Origin: Bacillus phage vB_BanS-Thrax3
DNA: 24,000 nt
Strand: one strand, 5' to 3'
Sequence record: ON548419.1
In this document: in pieces, positions 15,952-23,380 of the stretch
Layout of the letters: each line of letters begins with the position of its first letter
Position numbering within the stretch: the first letter of the stretch is position 1
The notes under the pieces: generated by a model
What the model was told of the DNA's origin: nothing
The model's input: only the letters and a program-made list of their open reading frames with translations
The model's database searches: none
Translations under genes and position numbers: made by a program

Positions 15952-16080
15952 TTTATCCAACCTTCAATCACGCCTTCAAGGGTCGCATCCAATTAAGCAT
16001 TGATTAAGCGTGAGAATTTGACAGTGCCGAAGTGACCGCCCTCCTGCATCCACGCAAGGCATGAGTCAAGGTTGGATAAA
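15952..16080 (-). ncRNA. Candidate structured RNA, closing 13-bp stem and probable three-way junction
   Basis: UUUAUCCAACCUU/AAGGUUGGAUAAA closing stem, inner CAUGCCUU/AAGGCGUG and GCGUG/CACGC stems, CAAU/AUUG hairpin, local GC content well above surroundings. Confidence 0.6.
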
Positions 16081-16089
16081 CCAATCCTT

Positions 16090-16239
16090 TTATAAACCAT
16101 TTCTAGATTTTAATGTTTCTTTTCCACATTTAATACATTTATGCTTCCACATCACTGTCGCACCATCGCCTATGCGACCATTACCATCTTTATTACCAAC
16201 GTAGACATACTTATGAGTAAAAGGAAGACATTTCTTCAT
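16090..16239 (-). CDS. 49-aa hypothetical protein with CxxC
   Basis: MKKCLPFTHKYVYVGNKDGNGRIGDGATVMWKHKCIKCGKETLKSRNGL*. Confidence 0.65.
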   Translation of the reverse strand: MKKCLPFTHKYVYVGNKDGNGRIGDGATVMWKHKCIKCGKETLKSRNGL

Positions 16240-16251
16240 AGTATCACCTCT

Positions 16252-16362
16252 TTATAAAAGATTTCTTTTATACTTCCCATGCTTGATTTTCACTTTTGGT
16301 ATTGCCCAATCAGAATAAGACCAGTAACGATGATACTGTAATACTTCTACGGTAATCATCAT
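16252..16362 (-). CDS. 36-aa microprotein
   Basis: MMITVEVLQYHRYWSYSDWAIPKVKIKHGKYKRNLL* after GGGAGG. Confidence 0.55.
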   Translation of the reverse strand: MMITVEVLQYHRYWSYSDWAIPKVKIKHGKYKRNLL

Positions 16363-16607
16363 ACTTCCTCCCTTGTGTGACCATGTTTTCTAAGTCTACT
16401 AGCCAATTTAATCCACTGATTATCAGAATAAGTTGCTAGGCATGTAGTTAAATCATCACTTAATCCAACCTGCTCATTTAAGAATCTAAATATATCACCT
16501 CTAACACCCATTATATCTGAATAACGTGGCATCTTGTATCCATTACGTATCAGAATAGAATACAGGTCTACACGTTTTGTCTTCATCCCTTCACCTTCTC
16601 TTCCCAT
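16359..16607 (-). CDS. Hypothetical protein
   Basis: ORF overlapping next start by ATGATG. Confidence 0.65.
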   Translation of the reverse strand: MGREGEGMKTKRVDLYSILIRNGYKMPRYSDIMGVRGDIFRFLNEQVGLSDDLTTCLATYSDNQWIKLASRLRKHGHTREEV

Positions 16608-17074
16608 TTATTTACTTTCTCACGCATCAACTTCTCAATATCCGCATCTGTGCCACCTAACTTGTAAATCAATGAGTACGCTACAATCATTACATCCACA
16701 CATTCTTCAATTACGTCTTCTGCGCCCAATTTCTTATATGTAGAGCCACTTGCCTTTAGATGTGATAAAAGAGCCTGTGACACCTCTCCTACCTCTTCTG
16801 ACATCTTTAATGCAATCTGCTCTAAAGACTTTTCATTCTCAATACTTAGGTCATAGACCTTTTCCATTGTTGTCAACTCATCCTCTTCTATCTTCCTAAA
16901 ATGTTCGTACAGCCAATCCATATCACCTTCGCCACCAATATGATGATTTTGTTTTTGATTGTCTACTGTTTCAATATATTTAGAATCTAAATCAGCCTTG
17001 TAAATTCTTCCTTTAGTAAATACGCATACACCACACATAATAACATCCTTAATACACATAATTCTCTGTTTCAT
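16583..17074 (-). CDS. MazG-like NTP pyrophosphohydrolase domain protein
   Basis: KMSEEVGEVSQALL...AEDVIEECVDVMIVAYSLIYKLG. Confidence 0.87.
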   Translation of the reverse strand: MKQRIMCIKDVIMCGVCVFTKGRIYKADLDSKYIETVDNQKQNHHIGGEGDMDWLYEHFRKIEEDELTTMEKVYDLSIENEKSLEQIALKMSEEVGEVSQALLSHLKASGSTYKKLGAEDVIEECVDVMIVAYSLIYKLGGTDADIEKLMREKVNKWEEKVKG

Positions 17075-17107
17075 TCCAATTTTCCTCCCTAGTATAAAAT
17101 ATTTATT

Positions 17108-17302
17108 TTATCTTTCAGCGTTAACCAGATTTACCGTAACTTGGAATAGTATTTCTCCATAATCTTTTCTTCCTTGATACTCTGTGCATGATAAGATTGC
17201 AATGTCATCCATGCTTACATTTGGGTACTTCTCTTTTGTCTTGAACGCCTTTGCCATTAATTTACTAAATTCATCTCTGCTTAATTTTTCCATGTTAATC
17301 AC
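17108..17302 (-). CDS. Hypothetical protein
   Basis: ORF with GAAGGAG SD. Confidence 0.65.
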   Translation of the reverse strand: MINMEKLSRDEFSKLMAKAFKTKEKYPNVSMDDIAILSCTEYQGRKDYGEILFQVTVNLVNAER

Positions 17303-17320
17303 TCCTTCATAAAAGATTTT

Positions 17321-17713
17321 TTAACAATCAATATAAGTGTATTTAACTCTACCAGAAAGTGAGCAATTTACATCGTCTGTACGGATATCAATAAATGTGC
17401 TATTAGTGAAATACATTCGAATCCTTACTGGCTTATCTTCTATATGTTCAAGCTCTACGACTTTATATACCGTCAATCCTTCTGTTAGCTTTAGTGCCAT
17501 GATTGGGCAAACAAAATCGTCCTTTAATTTGTCAATTTCAGATTCTTTAAACTCACATACATAACCATTTATGAACTCACACACATATGGTCTTTCTACT
17601 TCTTCGCCTAAATAATCTGTAATAGTAAACAATGAACCTGCTTCTAAACCACCAAATTCTCCACACCATATTCTAAATAATGTTTTAAGAACCTGCCCTT
17701 TTTCGTATCTCAT
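17321..17713 (-). CDS. Hypothetical protein
   Basis: ORF. Confidence 0.7.
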   Translation of the reverse strand: MRYEKGQVLKTLFRIWCGEFGGLEAGSLFTITDYLGEEVERPYVCEFINGYVCEFKESEIDKLKDDFVCPIMALKLTEGLTVYKVVELEHIEDKPVRIRMYFTNSTFIDIRTDDVNCSLSGRVKYTYIDC

Positions 17714-17979
17714 TTGGATTCTCCTTTATAGTTTCTATAATATGGCTCTAGGTCTTTCATGATATTTACCAATGCTCTATACTGGTCATTCTCTAAAGAG
17801 TTTTGATATAGGAATAAATTAATTAAAACATATCTAAATTCTCCTAGCTGTTTAATAACCTCATCTGCTTCTTCTTTTGATAGTGCAAGGCAATTGTCTT
17901 CGCTATGCATTTGTTTAAGAAGAAGGTGTCTGTGAAGCAAATCAAGTTTCCCTAAATTTCCTGCCGTTTCAAACTCCAT
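17710..17979 (-). CDS. Hypothetical protein
   Basis: ORF with AAGGAGG SD. Confidence 0.7.
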   Translation of the reverse strand: MEFETAGNLGKLDLLHRHLLLKQMHSEDNCLALSKEEADEVIKQLGEFRYVLINLFLYQNSLENDQYRALVNIMKDLEPYYRNYKGESK

Positions 17980-17991
17980 TGTAATTCCTCC

Positions 17992-18231
17992 TTAAAATTC
18001 AATTTCTACTTTGTCGCCATCTTCTTCTAAAAATTCAATAGAGTTTCTTAATACATGCTCTGCGCTTTCATATACTGTATTTCCTAATACTTGACTAATG
18101 TATCCATCCATACCATCTCCGCCTACCCATTCATCCGCAGGTGAAACCTCATATTCATAACCTCTCCATACAAGCTTCACTCCAATACCTTCTTCTAACA
18201 TCTCAACTGCTTCTTTAAATGTATCAGTCAT
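17992..18231 (-). CDS. Hypothetical protein
   Basis: ORF, promoter 18268-18296. Confidence 0.7.
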   Translation of the reverse strand: MTDTFKEAVEMLEEGIGVKLVWRGYEYEVSPADEWVGGDGMDGYISQVLGNTVYESAEHVLRNSIEFLEEDGDKVEIEF

Positions 18232-18267
18232 CTCAATCTCTCCCTTTGTTTTATTTGGCTTACTTAT

Positions 18268-18296
18268 AATATACTATATTCAAGTTCTGCTGTCAA
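18268..18296 (-). promoter_or_regulatory. Promoter TTGACA-17-TATATT with palindromic operator
   Basis: TTCTGTTGACAGCAGAACTTGAATATAGTATATT. Confidence 0.88.
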
Positions 18297-18307
18297 CAGA
18301 ACTTGAA
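18279..18307. repeat. Perfect 11-bp-arm palindrome centred on -35
   Basis: TTCAAGTTCTG-TTGACAG-CAGAACTTGAA. Confidence 0.93.
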
Positions 18308-18315
18308 ATTTATTT

Positions 18316-18624
18316 TTATGCATTCAGATACATCTTGCCTACTCTACGAGAAGGCTTTAATCTCTGCTTGCATACTTCATCCACATGTGATTGAGGGATT
18401 GACACATCTTCTTGCATCAATCCTATCACTTGTTCAACTACATCTGAATGGTGTTTCATACCTTTTCCTGTCGTCTTACCATCATAATAAATTACATCAA
18501 TTATAGGTTTGCAATGCACCCAATAAACCTTTTCACAACCACCTAAACCATATGACAACTCGACTACATACACGTTCAAGATTTCCTCAATCAAAAACTT
18601 TTTGTGCCTTATAGAGTATCTCAT
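18316..18624 (-). CDS. Hypothetical protein
   Basis: ORF. Confidence 0.7.
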   Translation of the reverse strand: MRYSIRHKKFLIEEILNVYVVELSYGLGGCEKVYWVHCKPIIDVIYYDGKTTGKGMKHHSDVVEQVIGLMQEDVSIPQSHVDEVCKQRLKPSRRVGKMYLNA

Positions 18625-18676
18625 TATAATTCCTCCCTGTTGCCTTGATGCTTTATTATATGATTAGCTTACATAC

Positions 18677-18705
18677 AATATACCATTATTTTTTCCGTCT
18701 GTCTA
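18677..18705 (-). promoter_or_regulatory. Promoter TAGACA-17-TATATT
   Basis: TTCTGTAGACAGACGGAAAAAATAATGGTATATT. Confidence 0.78.
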
Positions 18706-18712
18706 CAGAATT

Positions 18713-18871
18713 TTACCAATCATCATCGTCAAAGAAGTCAAAGCTACTACTAGAGCTACTGCCACCACCTCTATTACGGCTACTACCAGAGCTACTAGAC
18801 CCTAAACATGATAAGATACAGATTAATGCACACACGCCAATTGCGATTAATAATATCCACCAAATACTCAT
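18713..18871 (-). CDS. 52-aa membrane or lipoprotein microprotein with Ser/Gly linker and acidic tail
   Basis: MSIWWILLIAIGVCALICILSCLGSSSSGSSRNRGGGSSSSSSFDFFDDDDW*; ATG directly abuts preceding TAA. Confidence 0.7.
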   Translation of the reverse strand: MSIWWILLIAIGVCALICILSCLGSSSSGSSRNRGGGSSSSSSFDFFDDDDW

Positions 18872-19195
18872 TTAATTCTCCCCTTTCTTCTCTGTAAAGA
18901 TAAAGTAACCATTAACTCGATTAGTTTCTCTACCCTCAACGACATCATCCGTAACACCAACAACCTTTAAGTTTGGGTTGTCTTCTAGGAATTTTTTATA
19001 TTTCATTGGTAAATCCTGTTTTAAATCATCATGAGGTATATAGTACAAGCTATCATCAACTAGTATTCTATATGAGTTCAATCCTTGATTACTTACGCTA
19101 CTTTTATTATAATCACTATACCCTTTACTTGCACAACCCATTAATGTTGCTGATAAACCTAAAACCGTTACTAAACCGATAATTTTCTTTTTCAT
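18872..19195 (-). CDS. Putative lipoprotein
   Basis: MKKKIIGLVTVLGLSATLMGCASK lipobox. Confidence 0.82.
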   Translation of the reverse strand: MKKKIIGLVTVLGLSATLMGCASKGYSDYNKSSVSNQGLNSYRILVDDSLYYIPHDDLKQDLPMKYKKFLEDNPNLKVVGVTDDVVEGRETNRVNGYFIFTEKKGEN

Positions 19196-19196
19196 A

Positions 19197-19682
19197 TTAT
19201 TTCGCTCCCTCTAGTTTAATAATAAACCCTGCACAACCTTTGCGACCCTTTGCTACTTCATCACCATCTTTATATGTATGCATATGACGACTTATTTTCA
19301 TGTGTATATCTAGCTCTGGGCGAACTTTCCCAATCTCATAGTTTGATATAATCGACAACTCTCCATCATAATATGCCACAATAAATAGTCTTCCTTGCTT
19401 ATTCTTATTTCCACGCAACTCAATCTCATCACCTGTATATAACTCAATGCCATTAAGGAAGTATCCAGTTGGCTTACCTATCTCATGAATCCAATCATCA
19501 AAGATAGTTGCCGTACCTTTAGGAGAAAACATCTTTTTTGTATCGTTTACAAATGTTGCATGTACATCTGCAATTTCTTTAATTTCATCCATATGCCTAT
19601 TGTTAATATCTTTAATCTTTTTCTTTACTACATCTAAAGATACTGACATATCTTTATCAGAAAATATAACCATTACCCTCAA
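19197..19682 (-). CDS. Hypothetical protein, weak YopX-like resemblance
   Basis: GYFLNGIELYTGDEIELRGNK. Confidence 0.65.
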   Translation of the reverse strand: MRVMVIFSDKDMSVSLDVVKKKIKDINNRHMDEIKEIADVHATFVNDTKKMFSPKGTATIFDDWIHEIGKPTGYFLNGIELYTGDEIELRGNKNKQGRLFIVAYYDGELSIISNYEIGKVRPELDIHMKISRHMHTYKDGDEVAKGRKGCAGFIIKLEGAK

Positions 19683-19732
19683 ACTCCTTCATAAAATGTG
19701 GTTTTTATCAATATTTTCTATGTATCCTAAAC

Positions 19733-19748
19733 CCTCTCAATAGAGAGG
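19733..19748 (-). terminator. Weak intrinsic terminator or hairpin
   Basis: minus strand CCTCTC-TATT-GAGAGG then GTTTAGG. Confidence 0.4.
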
Positions 19749-19750
19749 AT

Positions 19751-20113
19751 TTAGAATGATGGGTCTTGATATGCATTTGCATACCCAAATTGTACATTTA
19801 TATGATTTGTACCGCTTTCCTTCCATTTGTCACCCTTTCGCTTTGTAACCTTTCTTTCTGGGGCGTGTGGCACTTCTGTAATAATCCATTTTTGATTTCC
19901 GAAGTAATCATGACCATTTTCTTTATCTGCTACAAATTGTGCAGGCTTAATCCATGTCGTCTTCCCAGATTCGCTTATACGTGATACATGAGCAGGGTAT
20001 GCATCACTACCCACATAGAATGTACATGGCATACCTACCACAACTTCACGTTCTTCTTTTACCCATCCTTTACCTTCTACAAACTCTTCATGAATATAAG
20101 TCGCCTTTGCCAT
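19751..20113 (-). CDS. Hypothetical protein
   Basis: ORF with GGGGAGG SD. Confidence 0.75.
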   Translation of the reverse strand: MAKATYIHEEFVEGKGWVKEEREVVVGMPCTFYVGSDAYPAHVSRISESGKTTWIKPAQFVADKENGHDYFGNQKWIITEVPHAPERKVTKRKGDKWKESGTNHINVQFGYANAYQDPSF

Positions 20114-20114
20114 A

Positions 20115-20378
20115 TTACATTACCTCCCCAATGATAGCTTTGATTAAATCTGCATCATACGTAACTGACTCATTAGTAACAGTGTTGTAAATCACATATT
20201 TATCAGTTGTTGACTTGTAAATTAAGTACGCTTGTGGATATCTTTCGCTAAATTCTGTTTGCTTTTCGAATACTTTAGATTCAGCCTTATGCCATTGTTT
20301 AGCTCTATTAACACCGTTCTTTGCATATCTACCATACTTCTCTTCAATTGCTTTCATTGTGATTGGTTGCAATTCCAT
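20115..20378 (-). CDS. Hypothetical protein
   Basis: ORF with SD. Confidence 0.7.
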   Translation of the reverse strand: MELQPITMKAIEEKYGRYAKNGVNRAKQWHKAESKVFEKQTEFSERYPQAYLIYKSTTDKYVIYNTVTNESVTYDADLIKAIIGEVM

Positions 20379-20404
20379 CTTAACTCTCTCCTTTTATGTT
20401 TATA

Positions 20405-20644
20405 TTATTTATTCCAACGTCCATCAAAGCTGTCACCTTCAAAATAGCCATCCTCATCATAACTATCTACTCGAATCCATCCATTGCTCTGTTCCGTTCT
20501 TACATCCATACCTTTACCTTTATCTAACATAACTAGAACATTTTCACCATCTTCATTTACAGTTGGATACCAACCGCTTTCTGTGTTATGGATTAAATTC
20601 TTACGAACCTCAATATCTGCCATATCAATTGCTAATTTTTTCAT
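20405..20644 (-). CDS. Hypothetical protein
   Basis: ORF with GGGAGG SD. Confidence 0.7.
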   Translation of the reverse strand: MKKLAIDMADIEVRKNLIHNTESGWYPTVNEDGENVLVMLDKGKGMDVRTEQSNGWIRVDSYDEDGYFEGDSFDGRWNK

Positions 20645-20673
20645 TTTAATTCCTCCCTTGTTTTGTTAAGTTA

Positions 20674-20702
20674 ATCTTACCAGTTATCCATTCTGCTGTC
20701 AA
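20674..20702 (-). promoter_or_regulatory. Promoter TTGACA-17-TAAGAT with CTGTTGACAG operator
   Basis: TCTGTTGACAGCAGAATGGATAACTGGTAAGAT. Confidence 0.85.
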
Positions 20703-20706
20703 CAGA

Positions 20707-21045
20707 TTATTGGTTAAATTTTTTCACTAATTGTTTAATGTCGCTCTCCATTGATTCAATCGCTACTCTTTGTGAAGCTTGATGGAAAGCATAATCTCTT
20801 CTGTACGGCTCACCTTCTTCACGTTTTAGCTCTTCTGTAAGATATATTCCTCCACAATTACCACGTTGACCACGAATGCTTTGATAAATTGTGCTCTTTC
20901 TCATTTCAACTTTAAAACTTTGCTTTTCACTTACGATTACACGAACTGCATCTTGGTCACCGTATGCCCATGTTTCCTCAATCTTATAACCATTTTCCTC
21001 TGCCCATTTACGAATTTTAGTGAACGTTTTTCTTTGCTTTGTCAT
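20707..21045 (-). CDS. Hypothetical protein
   Basis: ORF, AGGGAGG SD. Confidence 0.75.
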   Translation of the reverse strand: MTKQRKTFTKIRKWAEENGYKIEETWAYGDQDAVRVIVSEKQSFKVEMRKSTIYQSIRGQRGNCGGIYLTEELKREEGEPYRRDYAFHQASQRVAIESMESDIKQLVKKFNQ

Positions 21046-21078
21046 TTGTGTTTCCTCCCTTTTCTTTATCTTGATATC

Positions 21079-21108
21079 ATCTTATCATATCCTCAACTCT
21101 GCTGTCAA
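21079..21108 (-). promoter_or_regulatory. Promoter TTGACA-18-TAAGAT with palindromic operator
   Basis: TTCTGTTGACAGCAGAGTTGAGGATATGATAAGAT. Confidence 0.8.
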
Positions 21109-21123
21109 CAGAATTGAGGATAT
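21087..21123. repeat. 15-bp-arm palindrome (one mismatch) centred on -35
   Basis: ATATCCTCAACTCTG-CTGTCAA-CAGAATTGAGGATAT. Confidence 0.93.
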
Positions 21124-21128
21124 TTTTA

Positions 21129-21350
21129 TTATTTAAAATCTTTTGGCTTTTCTTTATGTGAGAATTTGAATACACCTACATGATATTCTTCCTTTGTTAA
21201 CTCCACTGGATACATAAGCTCTACGCTTCTTCTACTTGTATATGGTCTTCCAATCATTACATCGCCCTTCATTAAAACATAGATTTCATTTGTCTTCATA
21301 TTAATTTCCTCCTTAGTATAATCTTCTCTTAATCTCATCTTGCTTTGCAA
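21129..21350 (-). CDS. Hypothetical protein (start probably MKTNEIYVLMKG)
   Basis: ORF; AAGGAGG SD before internal start. Confidence 0.65.
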   Translation of the reverse strand: MQSKMRLREDYTKEEINMKTNEIYVLMKGDVMIGRPYTSRRSVELMYPVELTKEEYHVGVFKFSHKEKPKDFK

Positions 21351-21756
21351 ATGCTCTCATATCCATTTCACTCATTCGTATCCAATACTTGTGGTCATCG
21401 CTCATATTCCAATACTCATCAACATCACTAGCAAACTTAATCTCACGATACTCCTTTAACAATGCTAATGCTTCTGCATTTGTCTTTACACGATTTGGAT
21501 TAGGGTCTAGGTTATCTCCATCTATAACCTCTACAGTGAGCTTACCATTGTTCTCTTCGATTAGAACACGTGCAAACCATCCATAATCATAATCACGAAC
21601 TGTTTTGATTGCACCTCTTTCTAGCCATTCCGTTTCATTTGGACAATGAGGTAATAGTGTTAAGAACTTTAAGATATTGTCACGTAATTCAACTGTGAAC
21701 GGCTTACCATTGGCTTTAACAACATAATCTAATGCTTCTCGAACTGTCATTTGCAT
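21313..21756 (-). CDS. Hypothetical protein
   Basis: ORF. Confidence 0.75.
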   Translation of the reverse strand: MQMTVREALDYVVKANGKPFTVELRDNILKFLTLLPHCPNETEWLERGAIKTVRDYDYGWFARVLIEENNGKLTVEVIDGDNLDPNPNRVKTNAEALALLKEYREIKFASDVDEYWNMSDDHKYWIRMSEMDMRAFAKQDEIKRRLY

Positions 21757-21786
21757 TTTGATTTCCCCTCTCTTTAACTTAATTTC

Positions 21787-21815
21787 ATTTTATCATATAT
21801 TATGTCTGCTGTCAA
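21787..21815 (-). promoter_or_regulatory. Promoter TTGACA-17-TAAAAT with CTGTTGACAG operator
   Basis: GTCTGTTGACAGCAGACATAATATATGATAAAAT. Confidence 0.87.
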
Positions 21816-21819
21816 CAGA

Positions 21820-22017
21820 CTATTTTGTATTTGTTTTAGTATTTTGTGCAAAACCATAAATTAAATTCATTGCGTAGTTTATGTATGTATTAATATTTTT
21901 ACCTTTGCCTGTTTCAATAGCTGTTTCTACAATTTCAATTGCCATCAATTTTGGCACGCCATACTTCATTACTTCTTTAACATGTTTTCTCATTAGTAAT
22001 TCGTTCATATGTAACAT
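21820..22017 (-). CDS. Hypothetical protein
   Basis: ORF. Confidence 0.65.
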   Translation of the reverse strand: MLHMNELLMRKHVKEVMKYGVPKLMAIEIVETAIETGKGKNINTYINYAMNLIYGFAQNTKTNTK

Positions 22018-22048
22018 CTCCCTTTCGCCTTATACTATAATGTATGTG

Positions 22049-22077
22049 GTTATATCATTATTATTCGCTTTTGTAGA
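22049..22077 (-). promoter_or_regulatory. Degenerate promoter TCTACA-17-TATAAC
   Basis: TCTACAAAAGCGAATAATAATGATATAAC; spacer matches the AAAGCAAAAATTAATCA class. Confidence 0.5.
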
Positions 22078-22095
22078 AGATTTTACACATTATTT

Positions 22096-22251
22096 TTAAA
22101 ATAATTTTTCTACCACCATTAACAATACGAATGTAATCGGAACAACTATCACTAATCTTCTAAAATGCTCTACACGACCTGCAATCATTACTGCGCCAAT
22201 TATAATAGCCATAAAGATAAAGAACTTAATAAATCCTAAAGTAAACAACAT
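22096..22251 (-). CDS. 51-aa membrane protein
   Basis: MLFTLGFIKFFIFMAIIIGAVMIAGRVEHFRRLVIVVPITFVLLMVVEKLF* after AAAGGGAG; track start is too far upstream and crosses the promoter. Confidence 0.7.
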   Translation of the reverse strand: MLFTLGFIKFFIFMAIIIGAVMIAGRVEHFRRLVIVVPITFVLLMVVEKLF

Positions 22252-22281
22252 GTTAACAACTCCCTTTGATTTGATAATTTT

Positions 22282-22310
22282 ATTATAAATGATGTAATAT
22301 CTTCTGTCAA
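22282..22310 (-). promoter_or_regulatory. Promoter TTGACA-17-TATAAT with CTGTTGACAG operator
   Basis: TCTGTTGACAGAAGATATTACATCATTTATAAT. Confidence 0.9.
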
Positions 22311-22327
22311 CAGATAATATGATAAAA

Positions 22328-22349
22328 ATAGGAGACAATTGTCTCCTAT
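22328..22349 (-). terminator. Rho-independent terminator, perfect 22-bp palindrome
   Basis: ATAGGAGACAATTGTCTCCTAT followed by TTTTATC on minus; overlaps stop codon of kinase-like gene. Confidence 0.88.
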
Positions 22350-23326
22350 AGTGATGACAGTATCTTCCCTGTATGTCTAATCTCCTTATCAAAGAAACAT
22401 GGTGCTACTTTAGACTTGCCTTTCCCTTGTGCTCCAACTATATTAACTACTACACCTTCTGGTAAATTATTCATAAAATTAGCTGTATCATGCACATTAA
22501 CTAATCTATTAATTAATCTATCTTTAAGCATTTCATCATTTTTCTGTTCTTTTGCTTTCAATAGCATTTCGCCAATTTCAGCAGGGTTATGTATAGCATC
22601 AATTTGTTCCATTTTCTCTTGTTTCATGTTTAGGCGCTCTCTATTGCGTTTTGCAGATACATATATTGATACGTTGTCGCTCATATCAGCCTTCCAATAT
22701 TTTGTTTGTGCATTGCGTGTTACATCAATATTTCCATTCTCATCTTTCAACGTTTCAACATAGCTTCTTGTCACAGTACGAAATCTACCAAAATCAACAA
22801 TAATTGGTCTACCTGTTCCTCTCTCTATCATTACATTTGCTTGATGTAAGTCACGTGGCTCATAACCTGATAAGAAACACTTCTGCATTGCTTCCACGAA
22901 TAATTCTTCAAATGCAGGGTTAATGAAATTCATATCCTCATCACCTGTATCTCCATAATCAACTTCCTGCATAAATTTTTCAACTGTCATCCCATCTACT
23001 TTACTTGTAATTATTGCAGTATCCCCTATTACCGCATATAAAGTTGGGACGCAATCTAAATGTTGCAACCCTTTTAGGACAGATACATCATTCATGCCTT
23101 CATCTCTTAAACTTCTGCCTTTACGAAGGTGTTTTATAGCATAATCCTTGTATGCAAAAACTCTACCAAATGCACCAGTTCCTAGCAATTGCAATTTTGA
23201 AAGACCATAATTACCGCACTCTTGTCTCTTAATCATTTCTGTCATTTTAAAAAGGTCTTCCCTTGGCATTTCCGTTACGATTTCAATTTCCAAATTCTCT
23301 AATCTTACCATACCTGCATTTATCAT
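22346..23326 (-). CDS. Protein kinase-like protein
   Basis: LGTGAFGRVFAYKDYAIK (Gly loop and VAIK-like Lys), EPRDLHQANVMI catalytic loop, IIVDFGRF; C-terminal VVVNIVGAQGKGKS. Confidence 0.85.
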   Translation of the reverse strand: MINAGMVRLENLEIEIVTEMPREDLFKMTEMIKRQECGNYGLSKLQLLGTGAFGRVFAYKDYAIKHLRKGRSLRDEGMNDVSVLKGLQHLDCVPTLYAVIGDTAIITSKVDGMTVEKFMQEVDYGDTGDEDMNFINPAFEELFVEAMQKCFLSGYEPRDLHQANVMIERGTGRPIIVDFGRFRTVTRSYVETLKDENGNIDVTRNAQTKYWKADMSDNVSIYVSAKRNRERLNMKQEKMEQIDAIHNPAEIGEMLLKAKEQKNDEMLKDRLINRLVNVHDTANFMNNLPEGVVVNIVGAQGKGKSKVAPCFFDKEIRHTGKILSSL

Positions 23327-23380
23327 AGATAATCTCTCCCTTTCTAATGTTTATACCTATGTATTTGATTTCTTGTCTAT

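Noticed and set aside
16034-16060. 28-codon ORF MPCVDAGGRSLRHC... across the structured RNA candidate
   Set aside because: No SD, composition driven by the stem sequences; RNA interpretation fits better. Coordinates approximate.
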